In this document: positions 21,587-32,600 of the stretch, in pieces
Layout: every line of letters begins with the position of its first letter
Position numbering within the stretch: position 1 is the stretch's first letter
Origin: Lingula anatina
Lineage: Eukaryota > Animalia > Brachiopoda
DNA length: 64,000 nucleotides
Direction: 5' to 3'
Assembly (NCBI GenBank): GCA_051362555.1
Contig: CM120649.1
Span: 13,206,001 to 13,270,000 of the forward strand
The notes under the pieces: generated by a model
What the model saw: the letters and a program-made list of their open reading frames with translations, nothing else
The model's database searches: none
Told to the model about the DNA's origin: nothing
Translations under genes and position numbers: made by a program

Positions 21587-23929
21587 TAAGGAAAATTCAA
21601 CCTATCAAAATAAAAATTTAAATGGACATAAAAAAGTTTTTAAAAAATTGCTCAAGATAATTGAAATCAAACACACACAATTGTTTCATTGTTTTAACTC
21701 ACAGTGACGTAGTCATTACAGGAGGTCCTAAACTCTGTGAACTCCAGTGACGTCATGTATATGCCTGGCGCCGGAAGTACCCGATACGTACACCAGATGT
21801 CGCTGGGATAGAAGGATGGGTATTGAGGGGAAGAGAGCGTGCCGCTGGACGAGATATATGTTGCGTTGCATGCTACAATTCAATAGAATCACATTCTGTT
21901 AGGACCAGTTTAAAAATACATCTATACATTTATAATAATACATCTATACATTATGATTTCATCTATATAGTAATAGCAAATCATCCGAAGTCTCTTTTTC
22001 ACGTTTTCTCCCAAACTACAACGATCTTTGGACAACTGACAGGTGTTAGCAATACCTTAGGGCAGTGGGAAAATAATGGCCGTAGTTTGATTTGGATTAT
22101 AACGGTTAAAAGTATATTTTGAAGGCAATTTCTAGCCTTTATATATCGTAATATCCGTAAAGCTTGTGCGTAAGGTGTCATATATTGTCAATAACACTAA
22201 ATCAGATATCAAGATTTGCTGGCCCAGTGGTAACCTCCTTGGCTGCCAAACACGGCGGAGTGGGTTCGTTTTCTTTTATTTTTTTAAATTATTATTATAT
22301 ACTAATCTATAGTATAGTATAGTATAGTATAGTATAGTATAGTATAGAGTATAGTATAGTATAGTATAGTATAGTATAGTAGGCTATAGTATAGTATAGT
22401 ATAGTTACAAATCAACATCGATCAAGAATATCTCGTTTTAAATCTAATTAAAATTATTGTTTTCACAACTGGTATATGTAAATGGTAAAAGTATATAACA
22501 TGAATACTGTTAGTACAGTATGAAGAGAAATAAGCCAGCAGTTCGCGTAGTTGTGGCTGTAGACGGTCCAGTTCAAGTGACGTGCACAGTCAATACTCAC
22601 CGTCTGATGTCGCACAAGACACTTTCCTGTAGTGTGTGCAGCAGTCCGTTCGAAAGATGTCGGCACAGCTGGAGTTGACAACGTGAAAGGCACACGCTGT
22701 CGTCTGGTGGTTGAAGTCGGCGGCAAAGCACCTGTAGGGGGTGACCAAAAAAGGGGTAAATTTGGGTTTATACATTTGGCGTGTTATCCGCAATAAACGA
22801 GAAAAGCTGATCATGAGGGTTGATTTTTTTCTCCTTTTTATGTGTTTTAACTTAAAATGATCTTACCGCCCAGGGGAACATAAAAACTAAAAGCAAGCAG
22901 CAGTAGGTATATATGTTGGGTAGGTGTAGAAGCCAGTGACACACTATTCATGATGACAACAAGATCGGATCTACAAGTACGGGAATACATTTTGTTAGAT
23001 TTTTTTTTTCGGCATGTACTTACGAGTCACTTTGGCGGCAGGCAAACAGGCACAAGTATTCCGTGTTCAGACTGGTGTTTTGTCTGATAGCTCCTGGTGC
23101 AGCAGAGCCGACGTATGTGGTAAAATCGGATACTGAAAAAAAAATCATAACTGACGTTGTCGATGGCGAAATCGGGAGGAAGAGGGGGGTGAAGGGGGCA
23201 GAGGGGGATAAGCGTCTCTCTTGGCTGTTGAGATTTCAACTTCCTCTCCTACTCCTCCCTTCGTTAATAAATTACTACAGGTGTTTTTCTATCGTAAACT
23301 AAATATTAGTACGCTCTATCAGAGTTCAGCTGAGCGAAGACGTCAATTATATGCGAAAAAAAAAGAAAAAATATGGATAGAAGAAGCCTGAGAAATATCT
23401 GTGAATATATATAAAAGAAATCCATTTGTGGTCCCAACAGAGGACAACATACATGCATAATTCATGTAGTTAAAATTCCATTGTCTACTGTTTTAAAGTT
23501 GCCGGTTGAGTCGAAAAAATGTCATTGAATTGTCTTGAATTGAATTTTCTTTGAAATATGAAACCTATATTTTTTGAGTTTGTGACCAGAAAAACATTTT
23601 ACTGAATGAGATTAAAAGAGGCATGACCAATCAATAAGGCTCACTCTCATGAGAGTAGGCGATGTTTTCTTTATTTGGTAAATCATCATCATTTCTTTAA
23701 TATTTAACTTACCTCTTCTATAAACAAAATATCGAACCGCCAAACAACTGTACTTACCCAGCACTGAACAACAACTAGCGTATAGCTTACCTGAGCGGTG
23801 GATCAATCCAAGATGGAAAATAAGAAAAATAATCTCTTGCCATTTTGGCGTCTTCAGCAAAGTAATTTTACCTGACATAATGAAACACAAGATGGGACGA
23901 ACTGTCAAAAATCTGACGCACTGGAACAT
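8873..23929 (-). CDS. Type I membrane protein: signal peptide, PAN-like, 3x CUB, Ser/Thr-rich stalk, 2x sushi/CCP, TM (paralog B, complete, about 920 aa)
   Basis: 12 GT-AG exons, all phases compatible, total 2763 nt: 23872-23929 (MFQCVRFLTVRPILCFIMS, least certain), 23024-23132, 22601-22731, 21703-21872, 15155-15308, 14579-14766, 13349-13502, 12584-12771, 11558-11711, 10138-11130 (stalk + CPRVPEIPHA..YTCDEGY..CLKDGTWS), 9497-9685 (second CCP), 8873-9147 (EAPLAGFIGTFGLAIIGTIIAFIVATD TM, stop). Confidence 0.85.
11943..12237. mobile_element. Kolobok-like MITE, copy 2
   Basis: TTAA|AGAGATAA ... TTATCCCT|TTAA. Interior is clearly homologous to 293-637 (e.g. CATTGTAAACAACTCA, ACGGCAGTTA, CCTCCATAGATG, TTACTCCAGGAAAATTCA). 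Confidence 0.7.
13797..14515. mobile_element. Non-autonomous DNA transposon with 9-bp TSD (AcademH-like by termini)
   Basis: Absent from the homologous intron of paralog A. Flanked by CATTTATCT at 13788-13796 and 14516-14524; ends TACCCT...AGGGCA (YR..YR). Family assignment is inference. Confidence 0.6.
15388..15604. repeat. Perfect 55-bp inverted repeat (arms 15388-15442 and 15550-15604)
   Basis: TATTACTAAGCACAGGTTTATTTTGAGAAAACTCGGCATTAATGGCCGAGAAAAA and its exact reverse complement. Confidence 0.9.
15699..17968 (+). mobile_element. Decayed DNA transposon, ISL2EU/IS4EU-like, copy 1
   Basis: Ends ACCCATTAGAG ... CTGTAATCGGT with a subterminal GCCAT(A/G)CTGGAGGGA inverted at both ends. THAP-like remnant at 15837-15974 (MMNYCRV..REK..SVHRLPAVVK.HGEGTK..WL). 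An inverted homologous copy lies at 26425-32601. Confidence 0.75.
17987..21397 (+). CDS. LINE ORF2: APE endonuclease + reverse transcriptase + C-terminal CCHC-like motif (N-terminus truncated)
   Basis: Uninterrupted frame of about 1135 codons. Endonuclease motifs DIFVCVETF, GDFNAR, VDY, SDH; RT motifs PSNYRG, QAGFR, FIDLRKAFDTV, GIRQGDNLSPILF, YADD, YLG. Confidence 0.92.
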   Translation, partial: AKKLADDNFVSTVQNFDIFVCVETFSTVRSKIALPTGTHSHIEKLRTKKKAKGRPSGGIVIYYKKELINGIKILSSKSENLMWIQLSSRQLGLEQDVYLCAVYVKPNNGPSDEATLEILEEEIASYQNYGLICLVGDFNARTGSLPDFIKNDNTFGIPVADSYTTNSFLQKRNNVDTVVNRQGKALLELCMNSNLRILNGRVKGNSLGYPTCYNRQGCSAVDYAIVSDRLLSKIMYLTVLPIDYLSDHCLLDLAIYTSGRPTQEIETSLPIQNFKDSYFWETGSTEKFVQALETEEILSAISHAQNTNYPASKHGINTACDELTNIIEKAATMSLRKRNIPKSNKTKKKIKRIKQQPWFDSSCSEIRRNIKNLGRLLQKNPHNNFISQTYHAATKKYKQLLKQKKREYKDSLLKKLINSERNNPKEFWKTLKNLKDKDDKSNPVNPDIWQQHFQKLCGIPPVEDKRLDDEIKTYENQEGDSTLNGPVTIGEVKKAIKKLKNGKTAGQDLIRNEMLKSGSKYLVGLLTKVFNLALNTAETPDAWNLGIILPLYKSGEHTDPSNYRGLCITSCLGKLFNSIITDRLSIYLEVNRKLSEEQAGFRPGYRTADHIFTLKSLINKYMNQNKRLYACFIDLRKAFDTVWHKGLFLKLLKTGIRGRVYNIIKYMYENTRLGVSVDKGYTQPFLSKIGIRQGDNLSPILFNIFIDDIKAELYSVNDTSKVEEISHMLYADDLVLISKTKDGLQTLLNKLERYCERWKLRVNEEKSKVIVFHKSGRTESLNFVINDRPIEIVKQYQYLGVIFTYTGSLKKTLENLKQKALKAIFALKGALASNEISSPLLTMSLFDKMIKPILLYGCEVWGQEILSQKKMTLEKLNKMPFEQVHLKFCKWALGVRKSASNNACRAEMGRFPIYLDIVKLVSKYSARLQELPDNRIVKQAYNREKIENGSNWHQTMSNIKLCWELNTNRHNCEIHNYPDLEIEITNEIKRKFWEEIHRNTNNKLRTYSKIKKSYEAEPYLELKVPFTHKKILAKMRVSDHELEIERGRYTHPKTKIEDRKCPHCNAVEDEAHFFLECTTYNLDRETLFAALPEVNVQGLADDTLSALLNVSNERGVSALVKFINSAMRKRKLSKLR
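17987..21533 (+). mobile_element. 5'-truncated non-LTR retrotransposon (LINE; RTE-X-like)
   Basis: Starts abruptly after (TA)n. Has a short 3' UTR, AATAAA and an (ATT)n tail, followed again by (TA)n. Absent from the paralog A intron. Clade inferred from ILLYGCEVWG / VHLKFCK..LGV / HELEIERGRY..C..C..EDEAHFFLEC and the tail type. Confidence 0.9.
22308..22404. repeat. (TATAG)n microsatellite
   Basis: Direct reading. The homologous position in paralog A (about 2416-2475) is mostly (TATAA)n. Confidence 0.9.
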
Positions 23930-26900
23930 AGATGAGAAATTCAATTTAGGTACAACATGCCCTGGCTTTTTTTACTTTACAAAATGGAAATGAAAAGGCG
24001 AACGAACAAGGAATAACAACTTTTTTCTTTATAGTTTTACTGGCAAACAAGATGAAAAAACTTGTCAGATTTGTAATCCATAGAGCTACAATTTCTTTTT
24101 TTTTTTTAATGTTTACTCAAAAACACTGATAGATCTATCAACTAGACTTAAAAATACAAACAACAATTAAAAATATATGATATCTGAGTGCTAAGTTTGC
24201 CTAGCGACGACAAAAGCGAGAAAAAGACAACAAATCAACCCATGTAACCCCTACATTCTAGAATAAACCTGGAAGAAACATATATACCAAATACCACTAA
24301 TAATATTCTATTAAACAAAAACCTGCGATTAGGCATGAAGAAAATTCGACAGAAGAAGAAAAACAAAATAAAGAAACGAACAAATAAATGATTAAACCCT
24401 GCTCACCTCTAGTTTAGCTCTCTTCCGTTGCATTCGAACAATTCGTTGCGATTAATTGAGTGAGCTCCATTTATCTAACCACATCTGAGAAGACACAGGA
24501 ATAGACAATGTCCTTAACCATACTTTTATTTATTTGCCCAGCAGCACAATTGAAATTCAAATTGTATTTGGCAGTGTATATATAAGTACATATCTCACCC
24601 CCAGGCGAAGTAAATCGGCTGGAACAATTTCATGTGATGAACCCGCAAGTTTTCTTGACTTCCTTTATTTTTATCACCGAGGTCATTGCTGCAGTGTTGA
24701 CATCGTACACACGCGCAGTGATTGAATATATAACCACGTGAGAAATGCGCACGTGTGTTCCTAAACACAAAACTGTGACAAACAACTTTGAATGGGAGAT
24801 GCTCCGTATATCCACAAACTGTCGTCAATAATTTAATATATGCTATTCAACAAACAAACTTGGTTTTAATGAATGAGAGTTTCATTGATGTCGTTTATTC
24901 AGGCAAGCCCGCGTTTCTGTGAATGTTACCGTTAATTAACATAAAAGTGGCCGCAGAAGAAAAGATAGTTTAAAAAAAACTGTCAACTGTTATGTATATT
25001 AGAGGTTAGGGTCTGGTCTGAGCTTCAGAACTGACGCAAGACAGGTTGTTCATTATTGAAAACTTCTTGATTGAACTACAGCGGCGTTTAATTGAAGTTC
25101 ACTGCGCTTGTCATTGTAAACATTTGCAGATAACTCTGTTGAAAGGAAAAGGTATGCTTTCGTGGGTAGTCAAATTAATAATAAGTGAAGAAAATGTACA
25201 TGAGAAAAAGTTGTAAAATAGTTGAAAAAAAAAACTGTAGCTGCATATCTGTTTATCACTCCCATATACAATCTTCATCTGTCTACCTTCTAAATGTTTG
25301 ACTTTAAAATATACACGTAGGCTACTAGGGGCACTCGCCCTTTAAATGTACAGGTAGGTTTTCCGTTATTCAAGTAAAAAATAACAATGAAATATTTTGA
25401 ATCGTCAAGTATGACTTGTTGATCTCTTGGTTTATTTTTGGCTATAGGCTACTGGGGTAGCTTTACAAATCGATCATCAAATTAATTCCTCTGCACTTGC
25501 AGCGAAATGCATGAGGCTTGGCTTGGAGGGTCTCACTAGACATTCACAAATATGCCAACTAGCTAATTCTGTATGCAATTTACTACTACAATTTATGTTT
25601 GGCACCGTGAATTAGATCACGGATAGATAGATCTAGATGGGCCTATACTTCCATGATTAGATCCTCACTAGGGACTCTGTTCTATTTTACAAGAGTGTAC
25701 ATCAAACAAGTGCATAACCCATAAATAAGAGAAATTCATGCCAGAAATGCATAGAACTCGCGCCAAAGATAAAAATCGCTGGAAAAGCCATCAATTCGAA
25801 CGTTTCACACACCTGCATAGGCGTAAATTATTAATGTTTTAGTGCGTGAAAGTCCGCCTTGGCAATGTATATTCTTCTGTCACATATATTGAAATGAAAA
25901 ATTAAATTTTAAGGGGTCACTATTTGTTAATACAAGTAAGGGTCATGAGCTGCCTGTGTGGTGCGTGTTGGACGGAATTTTTTCTTCCAACAATGTTGGA
26001 CAAAAAAAGGTCCAAATTCGACCGCATTTTGATCAAGTTCTACACAAAATACCTTATTTTAAACAGAGAGGTCTGCAAAATGCTGATCGAACAGAGATAG
26101 GGCCTGTACATAAGTTGAATTTAGGTCATACAATAATTAGCGTCATGGCAATCTTAATTACTTTACCCTAGCTGGATCTTTCTTTTTAGTGTTAGGCCTA
26201 TACTAAAGTTATTAATTTATCCTTGATCACAAAAATTATATATTTCATCAAATACTGTATACGCTACATGTATTACACGGTATTACATCCATAGATAGTG
26301 AATTTCGAGCGTGTCGAAAGAAAAAAAAAGACATAAAAAGAAAACGTTTCTTTATTTGGTCGACGTTAATTTAACGCATGGAAGAACTTGGAAGGCTCAA
26401 CGCCTCGTGATTGGCTATATATTAACCCATTACAGTGACGTCATATTTGCTCCGTAACACTAGTCCAGCAGCCATACTGGAGGGAAAGAACGACGGGGAT
26501 TAGTAGCGTAAATATAGGTAAATCAAATAAAATAAACTAAAATGCATATCGCGATCAAGTACACCAAAAGGAAGAGTGTATATACATGTGAAAACTACAG
26601 CTGATCAGCGGGATCGACCCATATAAACTCAGGACAGTCCAAAGACAAGAAATCCTGACTTATCCCAACATCGTGGAATTGTATGGAACGCCATTCACGC
26701 AAAAAATGCAGACGTCAATTCAACAATCTATCGGCACTATTTAACAACCAAAACCTACTTTAACTATCTAAACTTAATTCTACTAAATTAGTTTTGGTCA
26801 TTTTAATCATTCGTCAAAATCTAACAATCAATAAACGATTCAAAAGTCAATAACCGCAACTCAACAATCAGTCACCGCAACTCAACAATCAGTTATCGCA

Positions 26901-27361
26901 ACTCAACAATCAGTTACAGCAACTCATTAATCAGTTACTGCAAACGGTCATTCGCGGACTTAACACCAGATGGCGCACGCGCACCGTCAGCGATCTGAAA
27001 CGTCCTTGACCTTTTCCATCGTTTTAACAGTATTAAAATACGTGGTGCCTCGATTTGAAACCATTCAGCTTAAATTGTGTTTTTAATCTCCAAATACTTA
27101 AAAAAAATCAATAAAGCTAATCGACAAGAACCTATTATATCGTATCTTTTATATTAATTATAATATAATACACAATACACAATAATAAACGAGTCGCCTT
27201 TTGATGAACGCCCGGCTATAACCTCTATTAAAAAATATCAATTTTTATGAGATTCGTATTGTTTGGTTCCATTGCCTCGCTTTCAAAAATTAAAACAGGC
27301 GCTCCAAAATCGTAAGACGAAGTTAAAATTTTTATATTGGCCAAGTTCGCCCCCGACTAGA

Positions 27362-29199
27362 ATGCCTATACGTCCCCGCATCCGATACTCCCGCGCTTCT
27401 TTACATCACCGCACCAATACTCCCCCGCACCGATACTCCCCCGCTTCTTTACATCCCCGCATCGATACCCCCCCCCCCCCCCCACCCCCACCCACTGATA
27501 CTCCCGCGTACCAATACTCCGCAAAAACACTACTCCCCAAAGCAAAGATTCCCTGGGCTTTGTAGACACAAATCGTGATTCAAAACCCTTTCTATTATGC
27601 TATTTTTTTCAAAGTTGCACAACCCTCTTGGGACACATAATTGACACATTTTATTCGAAATATATTGGGGAAAATAAAGGGCGTTACTCGAAGTCGATCT
27701 CAGACTTTGCGTGCAGCTTAACAGTCCGTAGGCCTACAGCTATGCCTTGTAAATTTGAGAAATGTTTGTGCAAAATTAATATTGTTCTCCTACTGTAGTT
27801 ACCGTGTTTATATTATACGCCCTTTTATTTATTTACTTAAGGCAAAGTTAGTTTTAATCTAAGATGACGCAGCTATGTCTTTTCCTCAGGCAACGATGAT
27901 TTTGTTTAATTATTAAATAATAAAAAAGCAGTGCTAAAGCGCTTCGTTTTCTGTTATCTTCCTCCAACCTTCTTTTCTGCTCTTAAACTTCTTTCCCTTG
28001 TCTTTTGGAGGCATATTAGAATCTGAATTGAGCAAAATTCATAATTTTTGAAAATTGTTGGACAACGAAATTGTAGAGACACGAGCATGCGTCGTGAGCA
28101 CACCTTTTATTCTCGCAGTCCCGCCGTGTTTTCGACTTACTTCGTCATAGATGTGAGGGCGTGCGCCGTACTCAACACGCAAAGGGCACTTTCTCTTTCA
28201 TTGCTTGCGACGTGCATCTTGGACCACGCAAGTCTCACTTGCAAACTCCTCGCAAACTCCTTGCGAAGGGAGCAAGTTACGCTTGCGGCCTCGCTGTTTA
28301 AAGATTATTTAAACAGCGAGGCCGCAAGCGTAACTTGAGATTATTTGTAGAATAAAGCGTAACAAAGATTATTTGTAGAATCTATTGGAAATGTTTAGTA
28401 TCCTCCGTACGTGCTTACATACGTGCGAACTCGAAATTTCGCATAAAGGACTTGCGTGGCACGTGAGATTCTCCGCAAAATTTGGACTCAAACGGGTCGT
28501 AAGAGCCCGTGCGGCCGGTTGTGACCGAGACTAATGTGTTGTCGCCCAAGATTTTTTAGGAACTTTGCGGCTTCTTTTGTACAATACCGATGCTCAATTG
28601 TAAGCAATTAAGATTTGTATGCACTGCGCAATAGCATAAAATCAACATCACCAAGGATCTCCCTGTGGCCATTTTTTTCACTTATCTCACCAATATCCAA
28701 AGCGTTTTTCCATTTGAAAAAAGTATTTCTTATACAATGTAGGCCGTGCTTCCGAGTCGTTGACCAATTTTTCAAATCTATATGTGAAAAAAATCGATGC
28801 AAGGTGACAGACTCTCCCATGATAGACAGTCCGGTTCCCATCATTTTGCATAGGTAATTCAGCCCCTCCCTAGATTTTGATCCACTTACGTCGATTGACC
28901 CTAACCTGTATAATTAAATGGAGGGATGACTCTCCGTTACCCAGACCCTCAGTTTCGTGGAAATTGCATAGGGGGAGTAATAATGCGGGGAGTAGGCCTA
29001 TCGTTGCGGGGAGCAACGGTGCGCGTATAACGGCAATTCTAGAGGGGATTTATCGATGCGGGGATCTATCGGTGTGAGGTCGTATCGACGTGCATAATGC
29101 AAAAATTTACTAAGGGGAAGTATCGGTGCGGGGGAGTATTAGTACGGGGGAGTTACGGTGCGGGGGAGTATTGGTGCGGGGGAGTATCGGCATGACCCC
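27362..29199. mobile_element. Unclassified TIR element with GC-rich 16-bp subterminal repeats, nested in the IS3EU-like element
   Basis: Left (ATACTCCCCCGCACC)-type repeats, right inverted (GGTGCGGGGGAGTAT) repeats ending GGCATGACCCC. CTAGA on both sides (27357-27361, 29200-29204). The left terminus appears to have lost a few bases. Confidence 0.6.
28273..28337. repeat. Perfect hairpin, 30-bp arms with 5-nt loop
   Basis: CAAGTTACGCTTGCGGCCTCGCTGTTTAAA-GATTA-TTTAAACAGCGAGGCCGCAAGCGTAACTTG. Confidence 0.95.
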
Positions 29200-29445
29200 C
29201 TAGAATATCCTCACAGCATTATCTGCAATTTTTAATGTAGGCCTATTTTGCAATATAATTTTCATTCCTCCCGATGGATAATTTTATTAATCAAGAGTGG
29301 GGGAGGGGTGGAAAATCCCCTTGGTGCCACATATAACACTATAAATGCGAAAGGAATTACCCTATTTGTAAAGAGAAAATAAATGTATTTGTTTATTTCA
29401 AACAGCGTACTTATCGCGCATGCGCAGTAGTTTGAGACCTGTGCT

Positions 29446-29600
29446 ATTCCGCATATTATTCGAGTAGGAACTACGTGTGGTTCATTGCCATATCTAATTT
29501 CAGTATGATGTGATTGAACGCAATCCTACTATTATATACTTAACTATATCATGACAATACGAACACGATGAACCACATGTACTCCCATAATATGCGGAAT
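29446..29600. repeat. Short imperfect inverted repeat / possible MITE inside the IS3EU-like element
   Basis: ATTCCGCATATTAT..GTGTGGTTCAT and ATGAACCACATGT..ATAATATGCGGAAT. Confidence 0.5.
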
Positions 29601-32600
29601 TGAAAACATGGAAAAGGTCAAGGACGTTTCAGATCGCTGACGGTGCGCGCGCGCCATCTGGTGTTAAGTCCGCGAAAGACCGTTTGCGACAACTGATTGT
29701 TGAGTTACGGCAACTGATTGTTGAGTTGACGTCTGCATTTTTTGCGTGAATGGCGCACCATGCATTCGCGCCATTCACGCAAAAAATGCATTGTTGAGTT
29801 GCGGTAACTGACTTTTGAATCGTTTATTGACTGTTAGATTTTGACGAATGATTAAAATGACCCCAACTAATTTAGTAGAATTAAGTTTAGATAGTTAAAT
29901 TAGGTTTTGGTTGTTAAATAGTGCCAGTAGATTGTTGATTTGACGTCTGTATTTTTTGCGTGAATGGCGCACCATGCTTTCACGCCATTCACGCAAAAAT
30001 ACATTGATACATTGTTGAGTTGCGGTGACTGATTGTTGAGTTGCAGTAACTGATTGTTGATTTGCGGTGACTGATTGTTGAGTTGTGGTGACAGATTGTT
30101 GAGTTGCAGTAACTGACTTTTGAATCGTTATTATTGATTGTTAGATTTTGATGAATGATTAAAATGACCACAACTAATTTAGTAGAATTAAGTTTAGATA
30201 GTTAAAGTAGGTTTTGGCTGTTAAATAGTGCCGATAGATTGTTGAATTGACGTCTGCATTTTTTGCGTGAATGGCGCTCCATAGAATTGTCAGAAGCTAG
30301 TTCAGTTATCTTGTACTTCATTTTTCTTGTTCACTGGATAATAACAGTTATAGTTTTAGAGAGTTTAATGTGTAATCATAAGTTCAATCTTTCATAGTAG
30401 CAACTTTTTACATAAAGGATAGATGTAAGGAGAAATTAGAGCTGACCATTGGGATCGACCCTTTAGGACTCAAAGAAGACAGTATGCAGGGTTGTCTTAT
30501 AACAAGAAATATTGCTGTCAGATATAATCTGATTGAACATCATGAAGCTGTCAGAAATTATTTCAGCATTCTTGTACTTCATTTTGGTTCATTAGGAAGT
30601 ACATGTAACATGGCTGTTGTTTGAGAGTTCAACATTTTATTATGAATTCAACCATTCACATTAGCAACATTTTATTATTAGTCCAGACATTCACAGAAGC
30701 AAGGCATTTTTCAAACTTATTAATTCATGATATCCAATGTAGCATAACAACAAGTCACTTCATGAATTGATCTTCATTTGATTAAAAATATAGGAAAATG
30801 CACTTTTTGTATAAATAAAAGTTAACATAAAATGCAAAACATTGTTGACATTGTTGCACAATTCAATGACAGATTATCAGGGTCCCTTTCCTTTCAGTTG
30901 ATAACACTGACATGAAAAATATTTCCATACTTTTAATGATGCAATGCAACATGTACATGAGCATATTAAGTCAAATCAAGTCACCATAATCTGTGAAACC
31001 TATTTGGTATATTTTTATCTATGTCTAGAGAAATGCTTGATTGAAAACTCACAATTGATATATGCTGTGTGCAATAATTGTGTTTAGGTATGTACATATA
31101 AGTCCTTAGATGGTGTTACTAAGCAGTTTGTAATTTCATTTAGGAGAATTCCACAACTGGTGGTCAAAATTTTAAAAAAATTGCGCAACCTAGAAGATCT
31201 AAATCTTTTCTTGATACAGGACAGCCATCTGTTTCTGCATCTCAGACCATCTGTGAGAAGTGCAGCATACAAAGTATTATATTTCTTGCAAACTTTTCCA
31301 TTAAGCATTTAAAAATATGAGAAAGAAAAAGTGTTTTCATTTCTTCTTATGCTTCTGCTCACAATTCTAAATAAATAGAATACCTATCCTTGTTGTATGC
31401 AAGCTATCAGGATAACAACTTTAAAACGACAAATGAACAATTAAATAAACAAACAAATCCAATTAAATAACTCTTGTCATGCACTGAATTTCACTCTCCT
31501 GATGTTCAGATCCTGTCTCCTCAGCTGGTCACAAAGATATAAGAATATCCTTTTGCTGCTTGTACCTTGTGTGCCATCTAGCTGCCTTTTGTACCTGTCA
31601 CCTTTTTTTTTTTTTTAATCAAGATTTACTTGCACCCAGTCATTCAGTGTGGCTTGGTGGGAAAATGCCAGATCAATAATTTCCTAAATGTAAATTAACA
31701 AAAAAAAAGGTAACAAAAGTTATTTTTATTCATATTGTAACTTGAAATACAGTAGAAAGACACAATTTAACATTTTTCAAATTAATTTCATTAAGTTATA
31801 TTTCAATTAAATGATACCTGAGCTAGAATATATACTTACAAACAGATTTACTCTTAACACTACACCAAATCTAAAATCAAGCCACTATAACTTCCAAATA
31901 CACATGACACAGGTAATTGATTTAATTGGGCCAGCTGAGCTGTGCACAAATGTACATTGTACTGTAGCCTTGACACCAATTGACAATAATGCTAACCAGG
32001 TATTAAAGAGGTAGATGACAGCAGATAAAATCTGAAGAGCACCATAACTGATAACAAATTACACCCAAGCCAATGAAGAGAGCCTTTATAATGTAAGTCG
32101 AAACCTTGCCTGGGTATTTCCACACGTTTTTACAACACACTCTCCACCCAAACTTTTTGGGCACTAGTAACATGCAGTGTACGTGCGCTCCAAACGTATA
32201 CCCCTCGGTCTTTGGTTTAGAACTACTTTTTTTTTCTTTTATGGTAAAGGCTGCACAGCTGGGTCTTCATTCTTTGCTGTAAAATAAATTAGTTTTATCC
32301 TTTACTTGTCCGATGAGTCTTGATTCAAAGCCACTCCTCGGTCTCTCCTCTGTTTACGATTTTCGTCCCTACACCTTGGATTGTTACCACTGCAGGCAGT
32401 CTGTGAACGCTTGTTAAATTAGTTATCTTCTCTCTATCATATACCCTGTAGTAATTCATCATTTTACTCGGTTTAATATCAAAGAAAACACAGAAATAAA
32501 ATACTAAATTGTACATGTAGACATGATCATGCGCAGCAGACGATTCTGGTCTCCCTCCAGTATGGCTGCCGTTTGTTTTGATGACGAGGGCTACAATGGG

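Larger units (their letters stand above)
26682..30283. mobile_element. Non-autonomous IS3EU-like DNA transposon nested in copy 2
   Basis: GAATTG(26676-26681)|TATGGAACGCCATTCACGC ... GCGTGAATGGCGCTCCATA|GAATTG(30284-30289). 6-bp TSD, TAY..RTA termini, left TIR of about 340 bp (26682-27019) with 21-bp internal repeats. Confidence 0.8.

Noticed and set aside
26860-26945. 21-bp repeats (also 30010-30115, and the 25-bp array at 37228) as a CRISPR array
   Set aside because: Contiguous tandem units without unique spacers, eukaryotic context, no cas genes.
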